A stretch of 64,000 bases of DNA from Octopus vulgaris (taxonomy: Eukaryota). The notes under the pieces are model-generated. The model had not been told where the DNA came from, did not search any database, and worked only from the letters and a program-made list of their open reading frames with translations. The DNA is taken from NCBI GenBank assembly GCA_951406725.2, contig OX597817.1, forward strand, positions 18,476,001-18,540,000, read 5' to 3'. Position 1 is the stretch's first letter. Each line of letters starts with the position of its first letter. The position numbers and the translations under genes were made by a program. Below, piece by piece: positions 1 through 13,845 of the stretch.

Positions 1-2116
1 GATTGGATGAATAAATAAATAATTGCCTGTGTTTTTGGTCTTACCCTCTACGTAACCAACGAAGATTTACTTGCAGTATATTAAGTTAAATTTTAGTTTC
101 TTAAAATTCTGGATAACAATGCGGCTGGTTTTAATATAGAAGTATATACAAACCGAATGTTTTTCTCTTCTTTACATATATTTCTATGTTATTTTCTTTC
201 TTCTTACTAATAAAATTAAAACGCTAAGAACAGAAACAGCAACATCAGTGCGTTGTAAATTTGAAGCAACGACAAATGTAACATAGGAGGCAACATATAC
301 AAACAATAGGCAGTAACAACAGCAACAGCAATGAAAGGAATCGTAATAACAATAACAAATAAAAATATAAATTTCAACACTAAGCAAAAGGTAAAAGGAA
401 GGAAAAAAGGAAAATAACGAGAATAAACAAACGCAATTTTCGTCAAATAAACAAATGAAAATGACAAAAATTTTCTAAAAAAAAATAGCGAGGAAAAAAT
501 ACGATTATATAAATTAAAAGAAAGAACGACAACGAATAATAATATTAAAAAAAACAAAAATAGCATGGCAAAAAGACAGTAGAAATCTGAAATGTTTGGA
601 AAAGCGAAAAGAAAAGTATTATACAAACATAAAACAAACGACTCCCCAAGAGGGATGAAATATTTGTATGGCTTCTTTATACAAATCATGTCTTCTTTCT
701 CCCTCTGTCTGTCTATCTCTCCTTTTGTCTGACTCTCTCACTCGCGTTATATCTACCCCCTCCTTCCTCACTATGTATGCTTGTATTTATGTATATATGT
801 CTGTATATTCCTACCGAATTCTCCCTCTCTCTCTATGTAGTTGTACATGTGCATGTTTGTACATATGTACATGCATAAAAATACACACGTATGTTTCTAT
901 CGACCATTCTAAATCTATATGCATGTATGTATTTATATATGTGTATATATGTGTGTGTGTGGAATGTTAGAGAGAGGGAGGATGACAGAGAGGAGAGAGA
1001 GAGAGAGAGGGAGAGAGAGCTTCTTTGTCGAAACAAGAGAAAAACCTGAAGCCAAATTAATGAATTCAACGCCAAGTTTTTTCAATGAAAGTTACGTAGA
1101 ATATTCAGATAGATAAGAAGAAATCTCACCCTCCGGAAGTTTATTTGATTCATATATTAGCGTGCCTTTTTTTTATGTGTATAGTACTACATTATTTACT
1201 GTATCCTTGCCTAATTTAAAACAATTGGATGTGATTAGAGGGATAATTGGATACTAGCTCTTGCTATCCGGGTGACTTGCAGAAGCCTTCTTCCTTTAAT
1301 TGGAAAAATCTTGTTTGCTGTTGTTGTTGAGCCCATGATCAGTTTTGACTGAAACGAGCTGAAATGAAAGGCGTGTCAGTCGAGAACATACTGCATGTTT
1401 GGATATCAGAAGTAAATTGTCTCAGAAAGCGTTTATTGAAGTCGGTGGGGTATGATTTAAGGAATATGAGATTATTATTTCCTGCAGATCGGGCACCACA
1501 CAGTGGTGTCACTTGACATAACAGAAAATATAGGTAGGCAATGCTACAGCGTTTAGCTTGTCTCATTTTTATACTTTCTATTATATACATTAAGATGAAG
1601 CTTGACATATATATCCTTCTTTTCTTAAGGGGAGCTGTTGATACAGTCCCTGTTTGAAGAATGGGTTTGCTGGGGAAAGTGAAGTGCTCGCAATATTTCG
1701 GTCCCACGTACGTAGATGTACTTATATATGCAACATTGTAATGAATGCACGGTCTTCGGGAGGAGAGATTAGCTTGTGAGAGGCAAATAATTTTCTGTGA
1801 AATTCTCACGTAAATAACTGACCAGACAAAATGTTTTTTTTTTTCCATATATTTAACAATTACTATGCCTGCAAAATACACATTTGAATATTACAAATAT
1901 GACGTACATTAAAGCCACGAGTTGCTTCACTCACTTGCATACGCGCGCATACACACACACACTAACAAACACACGCACGCCCATAGACACTACACACACA
2001 AATACACACAAACATACCGACACAGAAACACAGACACACAGAGAAACGTACTAAGACTGAATTTGAAATCATTAGGAAAAGGTTAAAACAGTCACACACA
2101 TACATACACACACATG

Positions 2117-2171
<55 letters not shown>

Positions 2172-2454
2172 GAATGCACAATTCACACAGACACACGTGT
2201 ACATATACACTCACTCACATTCACAAAAAGATGCATAGGCACTTACGTGCACACACATGTCCGTGAATACATGGGATTCAATGAAATGCTAATGAATCGC
2301 ATTAATGACTAATTTTATGCTAAATTCAAGCTTGTGTAGGAGTTGGATAAAATTTACTATTCCTGCTAGAAGTGAAATGAAATGAATGCTGTTTTACTAA
2401 GCGAGAGCAGACAGTTTGCAACAGACAAAAATTTAGAGTGTAAACGATTTGCTG

Positions 2455-2500
2455 GCTATGAGCTGAGGATGCTAAACGGGTGTCGAAACGCGTCTATAGC
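2455..2500 (+). ncRNA. Degenerate minimal type-I hammerhead ribozyme motif
   Basis: gctatg-ag-CTGAGGA-[tgctaaacgggtgtc]-GAAAC-gc-GTC-tatagc. Stem III is the palindrome ACGCGT and the cleavage triplet is GTC. Stem I is offset by 2 nt and stem II is weak. Confidence 0.45.
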
Positions 2501-3079
2501 TATCTGTCATAGTCAAAATAAAGATCAGATTAGGTGTGGCCGTGCGGGAAAAAGCTTGCTTTCCGACCATATGGTTCTGGATTTATCGCATTCAGCATTC
2601 TGACGAATTTGTAACTGAAATTCAAACCGTAGCTGCATTGTGATTTCTCTCTTTGCTCTTTTTATCTTTGTCTAGAATGCGCTAAACTCTTTGTGAAAAT
2701 TGTTCTTATTTGCTTGGAGACAAGAAGAACTGTGCTCTTTGATGGGACTAAACTAAAGCCATAGTGCGTCCGTAGCTGTTTCCTGTCTTTGGAACAAAGA
2801 TTAAATTGTCTTTTTTTTATGTGCATATTAATTCAGGAAGCTAAACGGATGTCGAAACGCGTCCATAGCTATCTGGTAAACTCAAAATAAAGATCAGATA
2901 AGGCGTGGCTGTGTGGGAAGAAGCTTGCTTTCCAACCATATGGTTCTGGGTTCAGTTCTATTGCGTGGCACTTTGGGCAGGTGTCTCCTACTATAGTCTT
3001 CGCCCGACTAAAGCCTTGTGAGTGAATCTGGTAGACGGAAACTGAAAGAAGCTCATCGTGTGTGCGTGTGTGTATATAA

Positions 3080-3715
3080 TGACGGTGAATTACTTCCTTT
3101 TTGGTTTTGAATTATGTCTATCCACCTTAATTATTTTATAATTTTCATATTACCATTATGGGAAATCTATTCATGCTGACAAGGTAAATTTAGCTTCACC
3201 ACCCGCTATGGAGTAAGCATTACCTATTTCTTTACTAACCACAAGGGGCTAAACACAGAGAGGACAAACAAGGACAGACAAACGGATTAAGTCGATTATA
3301 TCGACCCCTGTACGTAACTGGTACTTATTTAATCGACCTCGAAAGGATGAAAGGCAAAGTCAACCTCGGCGGAATTTGAACTCAGAACGTAACGGCAGAC
3401 GAAATACGGCTACGCATTTCGCCCGGCGTGCTAACGTTTCTGCCAGCTCGCCGCCTTAAGCATTACCGATGCTTAAGTAAGCATTACCGATGAGCGTTAA
3501 TTTCTATGCGAAATTAGCATGCCAGTCTAATGTCACTCGCTTGCGGTGGGGAGGTTATTTCCCATGTCAGCAGATAGAACATGTGCTTCTGTGGCTAAAG
3601 AGTCTGCGACTCTTAATTCTAGCAATGCTGGTACTCCCCACACTCTTCGTCACTTTTTAGTGACGGTGAATTATTTCCTTTTGGTTTAGAATTGCATCTA
3701 GCCACTTAAATTATT
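3080..3715. mobile_element. Unclassified insertion with ~55-bp direct terminal repeats
   Basis: tgacggtgaattacttcc...aattatt at 3080-3135 and tgacggtgaattatttcc...aattatt at 3661-3715, inserted in the SINE microsatellite. Confidence 0.6.
3225..3456 (-). mobile_element. tRNA-derived SINE family B, full length with TSD
   Basis: Reverse complement ggcggcgagctggcagaaacgttagcacg...gagttcaaattcc...ctttgcctttcatcctttcgaggtcga...aaagaaata. TSD taagcattacc at 3214-3224 and 3457-3467. Confidence 0.92.
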
Positions 3716-6700
3716 ATATGTGTGTGTATGTGTGTGTGTGTATGTGTGTGCGTCCGTGTTTGTCCCCACAATCGCTTGACAACCTACTGGTTCGGCAAAA
3801 GAGGTCGATAGAATAAGTACTAGGCTTTAAAAAAATAAGTCCTGGGGTCGATTTGTTTGACTACATGACTCGTCAAAGAGGTGCCCTAGCATGACCGCAG
3901 TCAAATGACTGAAGTTAGTAAAACGTAAAAGATAAAAGATGTTAAATCAACCATGCAATTAACTCTCATTGCTAACAAGTATTCCTTGGTAACACATAAT
4001 CGTTAGGTTTTTATTCTCTGTGAATGAAAATTTAATACAATTAGTTTATTGCATACAGCATTCTGACGAATTTGTAACTGAAATTCAAACCGTACCTGCA
4101 TTGTGATTTCTAGCTTTGCTCTTTTTATATTTGTCTAGAACGCGCTAAACTCTTTGTGAAAACATCAATTGTTCTTATTTGTTCGGAGACAAGAAGAATT
4201 ATGCTCTTTGATAGGACTAAACTAAAGCCATAGCGCGTCCGTAGCTGTTTCCTGCCTCCGGAAGAAAGGTTTAATTGTCTTTTTTTATGCGCATATTAAT
4301 TCAGTCATAAAATTCTTGGTTTCTTCCAAGGTATTTCTAGGTGTTTGTTTTCTACCGCTCCCTGCAATACAAAAGTTGAGTGGCATTTAGAAGCATCTCT
4401 TTGCATCAATATCTGATTAAATCCCATCGCATTTATCTTTATCGCTCATATCGTTCATGTTTTCTCCATGAATTTGATGACTTAAGTAGCAGTGCCGTTT
4501 GGCGTAGATCAGTCCATTCTAATATCTAAAATATTCTTCAAACTTTTGCCCCTCAACCCCATCGTCAAAAACCAACATTACTTTGCAAAATATGGTGTGT
4601 CGCACGTCTAAGTACTTAGAAAACCGTACCCAGTGCCTTGTTTAACTTTTGAGTGGAAGTTACATTCCTGCATCTGTGTCAATAACAATATGAAATGAAC
4701 AAATTCAGTCTTTAGTACAAGAAAAGGTTGTTTAAATTGCTTCATTAGTAACACAACCCATACTTCTTATGGACACAAACCTGCTTACTATTGGTGTTTA
4801 TACTTGTCAGTCTTCCAGAAGTTTATGAAGAGAAAATGAACGTGGATGTTTGACTGCAGGGGATACTAGAAACACAGAGGGAGTATCAATGAAGGGAGAA
4901 GGTGGGTAGGAGTGAAGAGAGGAGAGGAGGGGAGTAAGATGAAGAGAAGTTGAGCCCGTGTGGTGCAAAGGAGCGAAGAGAGAAGATTAATTATCGGTAT
5001 TTTGTACGTTGTATTGGCACTGCACTGTGTATTTTATAAAGTTACTTGGAAGTTAGAATCTCTTGCTATAATAATCAGCGGGAGCAGTTTAAAAATGCCA
5101 AGCGACTAACTATTAAATTTTAATGCTAATGCAAATGTATTTTTACAATGAAATGTGTTCCCCTTAGATCCATTTATATATCACACACTTCTCGTTTTAA
5201 GAGGTATGTTAATTAACTAAATTGAACTAAAGCAATGTATCAAATTCTCTACGGGTTCTGATTAAATGTCGGAAGAAAAATTACCTTTGAAAACTGTAAT
5301 TTTTTTTATTCACCCCAAGAATCACTAGAGACGTACATTAACTCTGAATACTGGTCTAAGCAGTCCTATCATAATGGATAAATGAAGAGACTAATTAGTC
5401 TGCATGAAAAGACTAATTCAGGATTTCGGTTTAAAGTCTGCTTCGTAAATGTAAAAATGTGGTAGGATTCGTGCAAGCACAAAATCTTCAAAATGCTAAA
5501 ACATTTCAAACCAATAGACTTTTCTAACGAGTAAACATAAAAATAGCCCACCACCTTTCCTCTCCCATCTCCACGTTTACCATAAACTGCCTCTGTAATA
5601 CACATAAAAGCTGATATTATAGCGCAACACTAAATAAGTCCAGCAGAAAATCATTTAAGAGTTCCCCAATTTTGAGCAAAAATTCTCAAAAAGTTTTCTA
5701 AAATTAGCTCACTCATCTACGAATATACACATGCAAGGAGGATAGTCGAAAAACTGACTCAGAATTTTTTGCACATATTCTATAATGCCCAGTTTTGCAC
5801 ATATTCAATAATCAAAAATAATATATTATAGAATATTCACGCTTGAAAGCGAATAAAAGGAATATTTATAAAATATAGCTCATAAAATTCACCTCCTTCA
5901 ACGCCAAGTTTAAACTTTCTAAATAGTAACCAAATGACTTCTAGACTAATGTTCCGCTAGAGAAAAAATATGCTGACGAACAACATTTACATCTACCTGC
6001 ATCCTTTTGTGGATCATTAAAGCATAAGGTTAAATTTTCCATCATGACATTCTAAACCACAATCTCAATACAAACAGGTGAGAAACCCTAAATAACACCT
6101 ACTACAAGTAAAAAGCGTTACTAACTGACTAAAACTAACCACCTACTTGCATTCTTTTGTGAACCCTTAACTTCATAACCAAAAGTCTGATACACCGAGA
6201 TAAATACACCTAATTACAAAGGTTTAAATATTAGAATGAACTCTGAGCTTTAACCTTCACATTCTCAAAACAAAAAGTTAGATATCCCATTAATATCCAA
6301 AGACAACCAGCAACAACTAAACATAGTGACACCTCTGCTGACCAACATACACCTTCCACCTAAATACATGCTTTTATGAACTCCTATGATCTGAATATGA
6401 CACACCTAAACACACAAATTAATTATAAAAATTTACATGAATAAATTCTCAACAATAACTCTACCCCAAATTTTAGCAGTAAAAATTCTTCATGTTACCC
6501 CTCCATCACAACCTGTAGTACAGACTAATTATCATTTAGTGGAGCTCACTTTACTCTAGAAACGTTTAACTTAACAGGAGACTATATGAAGCCAAGATGA
6601 ATGAAGTGTACTACAGTCCGATATGGCTCAGCTGATTGAAACTTCTAAGTTTCAATTCTATTCATGGAACAGAAAAATAAATGTGTACTGTACCTAAAGT

Positions 6701-6954
6701 ATTGAGTTATCTTCCACTTTTATGTAAAATCATTTGTTTTATCAAATGAACACACACACGTGGAAAATATTATGTCCATCGCATTTACAAAATCAAGGAT
6801 TCTCGATTCTATATTTTTGCTTCATAAAAGGCAACGTTAGCAGGGCGTGAAATACTGAGTGGCAGTTCGGATATTGTAACAGAGTTTCGTAATGTCCTGT
6901 TAGGTTTTATTTGTTCAAACTATCTATTTATAAATACCGAAATAAGTTCGTGTG

Positions 6955-7165
6955 TTATAATAAGTTCGTCTTTAAGGCCAGTTTTAATGGAATTGAAGAC
7001 TGAACAGAAATTGAGTTGGCAACGGAAGGAGGGGCTGGAGGTGAGCAGAAAGACCAACAATACTTTGAGGGGTTGTGTTTCGATGAGAAATTCGTGAAGG
7101 TATTGCCGTGGTGTTGGCGACTATTTGCGATATCAAGTGATTCGGCCATTGTGCCAACAACGTCA
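6955..7165 (-). CDS. Candidate terminal coding exon, product unknown
   Basis: Acceptor ttcttttcatag, then an open frame DVVGTMAESLDIANSRQHHG...KTNLL*, non-repetitive and GC-richer than its flanks. AATAAA about 45 nt after the stop. No recognised homology. Confidence 0.25.
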
Positions 7166-7438
7166 CTATGAAAAGAATGCGAGGGCCAAGATAGATGAGA
7201 AATTTATGAATAAGATATGTAATTTTCAGTTAAAATGTGTTGTAGTATTGGTTGAGATAGAATGTTGTAGTATAAAAGAAAGATTGGTTTTGAGCATCTC
7301 AACGGATTCCTGTGCAACGTAGCTTTCCTTGTTAAATATATTACTTTTATTATTTTTATTTTCTGTTTATTGTTGGTTCAACAGTTTCTGAAAGAAAATC
7401 AGTTTTTCTCTTGTTTAGTTGATGTCATCACTGCTGAT

Positions 7439-7832
7439 CATACATACATACATACATACATACATACATACATACATACATACATACATACATAATATAT
7501 ACATACATACATACATACATACATAATACATACATAATACGGGCATACATACATACATACATACATAATACAGGCATACATACATACATACATGCATACA
7601 TAATACAGGCATACATACATACATACATACATAATACATACATACATACATACATACATAATACATACATACATACATACATACATAATACATACATAAT
7701 ACATACATACATACATACATAATACATACATACATACATACATACATAATACATACATACATAATACATACATACATACATATATACATACATACATACA
7801 TACATACATACATTCATACATACATACATACA
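7439..7832. repeat. (CATA)n microsatellite
   Basis: Direct tetranucleotide array with variant units. Confidence 0.97.
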
Positions 7833-8536
7833 TATGTACAGCAACAGATAACATAAAAACTAATATGTGTGTTTGAGTGTAGATGTATGAGTTTGAGTGC
7901 GTATATCTATATTGCTGTATGCGGGCATGTGTGCTTGTGTATGATAGAAATATATTGCTGAAACACAGCCAAAGGTTAGCAAGGCAACATTCATTTTATT
8001 TTGAAGGCATTCAGATTGTAGGAAGTAAAGAAAAAATAGGAGACACAAAATACATTCAATTCACATACATGCATATATGCATATTTACACATATACATAA
8101 ATCTTAAAGACATTCCCCAGCAAAACACACAGACACATACAAATTCAGGCACATACACACTTGCACATACACACGCACGTACACTACACACATACAGGCA
8201 CTCACACACAGAGGATAAAGTTACCACATTACTAGATGTAAATTCGATTCTGATTGGTGCACCCGTTTAAAGTATTTGGGAAACAATTTCTATAAAATAG
8301 GCACGCACGTCCAGGCGCAGGTACGCATGAATTAACTCAAATCAACATTTGCATATCGACTAAACTGAACCACCGATACAAGGGAAAAAAAAACTATTTT
8401 AGCTACAAAAGAAAAGATTAAATACTAAATAATATATGAAATATAAATAGAAAAAGATGGTTAATAGAAATAAAGTATGGCTTATCTAGAATAAATAAAG
8501 TAATAGAGATGAAGCGAAGGGAGAAATACACTGTTT

Positions 8537-8580
<44 letters not shown>

Positions 8581-8650
8581 CACACATACATATATATATA
8601 CATACATACATATATCTATCTATTTATCTATCTGTCTACACACACGCACA

Positions 8651-8699
<49 letters not shown>

Positions 8700-8923
8700 A
8701 TATGTAATGTCTGCCTGTGTGTGAATGTATGTGTTTGTATGTGTATCTATATCTGTTGTGGTTTCAGGATTCCAAATTCTTGTAATGACCAGTAGAGCAT
8801 CCTCCTGAAGATATTTCTCACTACCACCTTCTTAGACAGTTATTATATCCCGTTGACCACCTTGTTACTTTGTCTGTCACTGGTCAATTTATATAAAATC
8901 CACTCGCGATATAAATAATTGTT

Positions 8924-9795
8924 TTATTGTGCTGTCAGATAAATTCGTTCGTTTTTTCCCCATTTATTTTAATGTCTACTTTTCATCAACGATTCTAACA
9001 AAGTAGTTAATGATTTATTGTCTTTCATTGTTCACGACTTGCGAACGTTCCATTTCTCTCTCATTGCCTTGACGGTAAAAATCACCGGGTCTTGACTCGA
9101 AGAATTTGTCAAGCTACTTCTCAGAACCTCGACGTTGCTGAATAAAACGCTACGCAGACAGTCGAAGAGCGACTGAGAATGGGAAATATCTCAAGGCGCT
9201 ATATCAGGAGAATACACTTATTTCGGTAGAACTTCTGAACTGAGCTTTTGAATAGCAGCTTTAGTCAAATAAGCGTTGTGCTTTTTATGTTCAGAGTTTG
9301 GTCCTTACCCACCGAAAGAAGGTGACGGGCAACGATATCATAAGATCATTCCATCTTCTAGGCCAAGTTTCTTTGCGGATTTTCACGGATCCTTGTGAAT
9401 GATCTCGGTCAATCAATCCTCATTCAACTGAACAATTTGGCCGGAATGCAGAGAATATGTGAATTACTCTTCCGTCCTTGAAGCATATACACCATTTCTA
9501 TGCAGTTACTTCAGTAATAACACCTTTTCCCGTAAACAGCATAAACAACACAAATGACTCCAGCTCTTTGGTATCTTGGGAACCTTCAATAAAAACGAAG
9601 AGAAACAGGGGTCGAAAATATTTATTTGTTTTTTTATTTGGCAGTCCATCGTCGTATGACTGAAATGGGATAAAATTTACTTAAATGTCAAAAACGATAA
9701 ACAAAAATTGTAGAAGAGGAATAGATCTACAGACAGCCACAACTTACTATTTCCAGGTTGGGGTAAATTATTCCTGAATTTAGCTGATAATTTCG
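8924..9795 (-). mobile_element. Internally deleted mariner (Tc1/mariner) transposon relic
   Basis: Minus-strand remnants KYFRPLFLFVF, GVITEVTA*KW, LNED*LTEIIHKDP, YSPDIAP (mariner YSPDLAP motif) and DKFFESRPGDFYRQG. Degenerate TIR-like ends. Confidence 0.8.
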
Positions 9796-10773
9796 GCCCT
9801 GGTACTTATTTCAATAATGTGCTTAGTCTATTCATCACAAATTGCCGGAGTGCTTATTATACAGGAAATAAAACAGTATAAACACCAGCATTAGGCATAA
9901 ACAAGAATCCTGCTACGGAAACAAGACATTCGAACATATATAATGCAAACACTGGCTACATGTACGTACGTATATATAGCACAAATATATATATTTGGTG
10001 GAACTTAAAATTCAAAATAACTAGCTAGTTAGCGCACAAATGACCAGATATAGTTGTAGAAATCAGCTGTCTTCTGGATAACTAGATGGTAAGGAAAACA
10101 GAGGAGAAAGAAAGCTTTTATGAACGATTGATAATGACTTCCAATAGATTATCTATTATTATTGGACCAACAGGGTATTACCAACTTGCCTGGAGCAAAG
10201 TATAATTGAATATAAGTTCTTGAAAAAAGAATATAACTCCCTCTTTCATATACTACATATAGTCCAATAGCTAGGACAATATAAACCTACAAAACTTACT
10301 TAAGCTTTAAGAAAAAGCGAGCAAGAGAAGATGCTTTCCTTCAGAACCTTGTCACCAAGCAGGTGGCCGGCCAAAATTAACTGTAAACTAAAAGGAGGAA
10401 GACACCCCCACAAACACACAGGGGCATTAGGGTAGGTCGATTTTGGAATTGTAATCTTGGACTAGTCTAGATAGAAAGGTATTAATATATAGAAAACGTT
10501 GCATTAACTCTTATTTATGAAAATGATGGTATGTTTTGAGAATTCTCAGTTATTTTTAAGTTGTAAAATTGTATAATTCATGCATAAAAAGCCAACCACT
10601 GGATCTAATTTAATCAAAATAACCAATTAAAATTTGTCGTTGTCAACAAAACAATACTTGGAACTTGTTTAAATACTTTATAGATATCTATTGATATATT
10701 ATTTTGTACTCACTAATGATATTTGCCTATCAAATGCTTATTAAATTAAATTCTTTTCAGATATTTCATAAAA

Positions 10774-13700
10774 ATGGGAAGAAAAAGAAAGTCTGCTGTA
10801 TCAACTCGAAGTGAAACTGCCAAAAAGTTCGGTGGTCAGCCTTCCCCTTCAGATAGAACAGAGCCTCCTACTCTCCGCCAAGTTATTCAGTATAGTTATT
10901 TCCCCCAAAACAGCCAGGACTTGAAGATTATGATATTTCTAAAATAATAGCAAAGGATGTTATTGGGAACTGGCAGGCAGTGAACCCACGGCTGCCCCTC
11001 CATGAGGAATATTATATAATGGAATTGGTGGATAAAGGGTGCATCAAGAAAGCAAAAGAGATAAACCGCAAAACTTTTTCCACAGTCAAAGAGCAGAATA
11101 TGAAGAAAAAGCTGAATAGAGTTTTTGACATTTCTGCTTGCACCTGTTCGTCCTTGTGATGACAATGCTGTGAAGGGCAAGAAAGAAAATTGTCAAGCTC
11201 AGCACATAATCTGCACGTGTTCCCCCAGAAAGACGGTAAAGCTATTTTGTTAGCTTTTACCTAATCCTACTAAGCTCGATTAGTTGTTTTTCAAATAGAA
11301 GAATATCCCATGAATGTAATTTGAAAATATTTGCATTTCCGTTTGTAATCTACCGTTCCCCTCTGCTTTAAAAAAATTATCATTAATTCTTTTATGATTT
11401 TATCTCTTACTCTAAATCCGCTCTTCAATATACTTTGATATTTCATGTTCCAGTAAAGGAGAGAGAATACTTAAGAGATCAGAAAGCCAAAATAGGATCC
11501 AAAGCTCTTTCCAGGTTGGGTCTGTGGATAAAGCAGAGAGTTGTGGGTATGACAGAGAGATTACTGAGACAGATTTAATAATAGCAGAAAGTGGATTTGG
11601 CCGCACTTGCCTCCACATCCTCACAAGATTTCCTTGGGATCCAGGTCGGGAGATGATGAGTTCAAGCTAAGAAGGCACCCAAGTGGAGCTTACGACTTTT
11701 AAAACACCCCAGATATGCCATGGAATTGATCAGTGGTGATGTATCTTCCAGTCTTGGGGCCAGTTTTGCAAATGCCCTTTTCCTTGACTTACAAGCTATG
11801 GACCTGCTTAAGTCTGGCCTTGATGTGAAAAAGATAATGATAAATCGAAATTGCACAGAGAAAAATACAATGAAAGTGAAAAGCAATGAAAAGCACAAAA
11901 TGAAGCTGGCAAAGTTAGTTTGGATTGGAGCTGATGGGAAATTTGACAAGGAAACTTTGGTGTACCAAGAAGTTACGGATGAAAATGGAGAGATGAAGCC
12001 GAAGAAAGGAAGAGAACATGAACACCATTTGACTTTCACAAAGAAGCTGGGAACTGAATGTGAAACATATCTTAATCTTACTCACAGAGTTATCCTGTTT
12101 AAAGGTGCGATTGGTGTTCTACTTGGTGAGGAATTTGTTAGTGTCTTGGAAGAGTTTAACAGTACCCATACCTTGATAGCTGTCCTCTTTAACAATACAA
12201 ACACAAACACTGGCTGGGAGGGCGGCCTTGTAACATGTTAAGAAAATAAAATTCAGCGGAAATTGCACAGCATTGGCTGTTCACTCCATCAGAATGAGCT
12301 TCCTTTTACAGCTTTTTTTAAAGATCTTGATGGTAGTACCAAATCTCCCACTACTTTCGGTGGTCCATTGGGAAAACTCTATGAAATTGATTACGAAGAT
12401 CAACCGCAAGTGGAATTCACCAAACTGCATGACCTCCTGGATAACATGGAATTTGATGTGGTGACACTGAATAATCTCAGTAGTGATCAGAGGCTTATTT
12501 TAGAGCATGTGTTAGGAATTTCCAGGGGTAATGTCAACTCAAGTTTTGCTGCCAGGAAAATTGGTCCATTAAACCATGGATGATGGTTGACTTTGCCAAT
12601 TAGATTGATGTGCTTGTGGACCAGAACTGCGTGATAAGCTTTACTTCCATTGTGGAAGCGTATCCAATCAGTTGGGTTGAGATCAAAAGGGACAGGAAGT
12701 TCCACAATCAGCAGCAGTCAAAGGAAATCAAATCCAAGATGTTGCTTCAAGGAACCTGAAGTACAATGTTCCCCGAGAATGTGCTGTACTCGATGATGAA
12801 GTCTGATGTCTTGGAAGTGAGAGAAGCTGCTCTCAAGAAAATGATCTCCATCAGGTAAGTATTTATAAATTTTAAAATGTAAAAAAAAATTCAATTGTGA
12901 GGATTTAAAGAAATGTTATTATAATTAAGGTTTAATTTAAAATAAGAAATGTTGACACTAATAGGAATTGAATTTTAAAGTGAGGTTAATGTTTAGAGTC
13001 ACTTTTCATTTTCTTAAGGCTCCATAAGGCTTTTACTTAACCTAAAGTGGAAGGGGCAGGAGAAATCGCATAAATATGTTTTTGCCACCAGCTGCATTGG
13101 GGATGTAGTGGATTGAAACCCCTTCGACGGGCTTCGAGAGATGGAAGCTCAATGCGTTGTGAGTGTGAAGACAGGTGAGGGAAGGAAGATAGTAATTTGT
13201 AAGTGAGTTGTGTTCTGTGTGCTGAGTACAGAGTACCTTGCACATGGGAAAATTTCGGTACCCCAAACGTCTGACGAGTGGTCCCTACCTGCACCAACAT
13301 TTTTATTTTGCGTCCGCTCTCCTTGAGGATCGAAGCCTAGATCAAGGCGTGGAAATCCAGCGGCTTATCCACTCGGCCATGAGAGCACCAATTATATAAT
13401 GAAATAAAAATTTATTATTATTTATTATTATTTATAAATTATTATTTATTCATTATTATTTATAAATTTATTATTATTCTTTCAGAAGTGGGAAGCCAGC
13501 CAAGAGGAGGCTGAGGAGGACCACAGACATGAGCACTGACGCACTGGTCAGCTTTAGTTAACATTTCTCAAAGTGGGATCTGTGAACCTGCTACCACAGA
13601 AGACTTTTCTGACCAGGAACTTAAAGAAGCATTTCTGAATAGCAACAGACTGGAGCTGCCTGTTTTGCCTTCACATTCTCAGTGTTGAAAGGGCAGTGAA

Positions 13701-13845
13701 GTTGACATCTGAACCTTCCTGTACTCTTAATGGACTCGAAGAAAGGCACAAACACATTCTGGCCAAAGCCCTAAGCCGCCGTATGAGGCCATCCTTTACT
13801 TCTAAGGGCTCTTATAGTGAAAATTATGATGAATTTGGTATCTAA
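10774..13845 (+). pseudogene. Spliced DDE transposase pseudogene (3 coding exons: ~10774-11235, 11447-12854, 13486-13845)
   Basis: Motifs MGRKRKS, CTCSPRKT|VPVKEREYLRDQ, IGADGK, NNTNTNTGWEGG, CSLHQNELPF, DGSTKSP and PSHSQ..ERAVKL. Intron 12855-13485 is gtaagt..ttcag. Multiple stops and frameshifts. Confidence 0.8.
13037..13389 (-). mobile_element. tRNA-headed SINE-like insert in transposase intron 2
   Basis: Minus-strand 13386-13316 reads GCTCTCATGGCCGAGTGGATAAG...GCTTCGATCC...GAGAGC: A box, B-like box and acceptor-stem pairing GCTCTC/GAGAGC, followed by a unique body. Confidence 0.6.

Larger units (their letters stand above)
2901..3940 (+). mobile_element. tRNA-derived SINE family A (CORE-like, internal TG microsatellite), split by nested insertions
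   Basis: Head ggctgtgtgggaagaagcttgc...ctttgggcaggtgtct at 2901-3079. The 3' half (cttgacaac...gcagtcaaatgactgaa, taaaaga tail) is at 3716-3940. Matches intact copies at 24745, 35448 and 41280. Confidence 0.85.
2471..4304. repeat. Diverged local duplication, arrangement A-B-A'-...-B'
   Basis: 2471-2580 matches 2840-2949, and 2582-2836 matches about 4045-4304, with scattered substitutions and indels. Confidence 0.85.

Noticed and set aside
1339-1881. 180-aa ORF
   Set aside because: No recognisable domain and no convincing splice structure.
6070-6092. TGEKP zinc-finger linker (acaggtgagaaaccc)
   Set aside because: Followed immediately by a stop, with no C2H2 Cys/His spacing nearby.
7050-7165. 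Fibrinogen-domain-like wording (GTMAESL...HHGNTF)
   Set aside because: Lacks the FST.D.DND and GGWW motifs; similarity too weak.
13316-13386. Functional tRNA gene
   Set aside because: The anticodon and T stems do not pair well and it continues into a long body; better explained as a SINE head.
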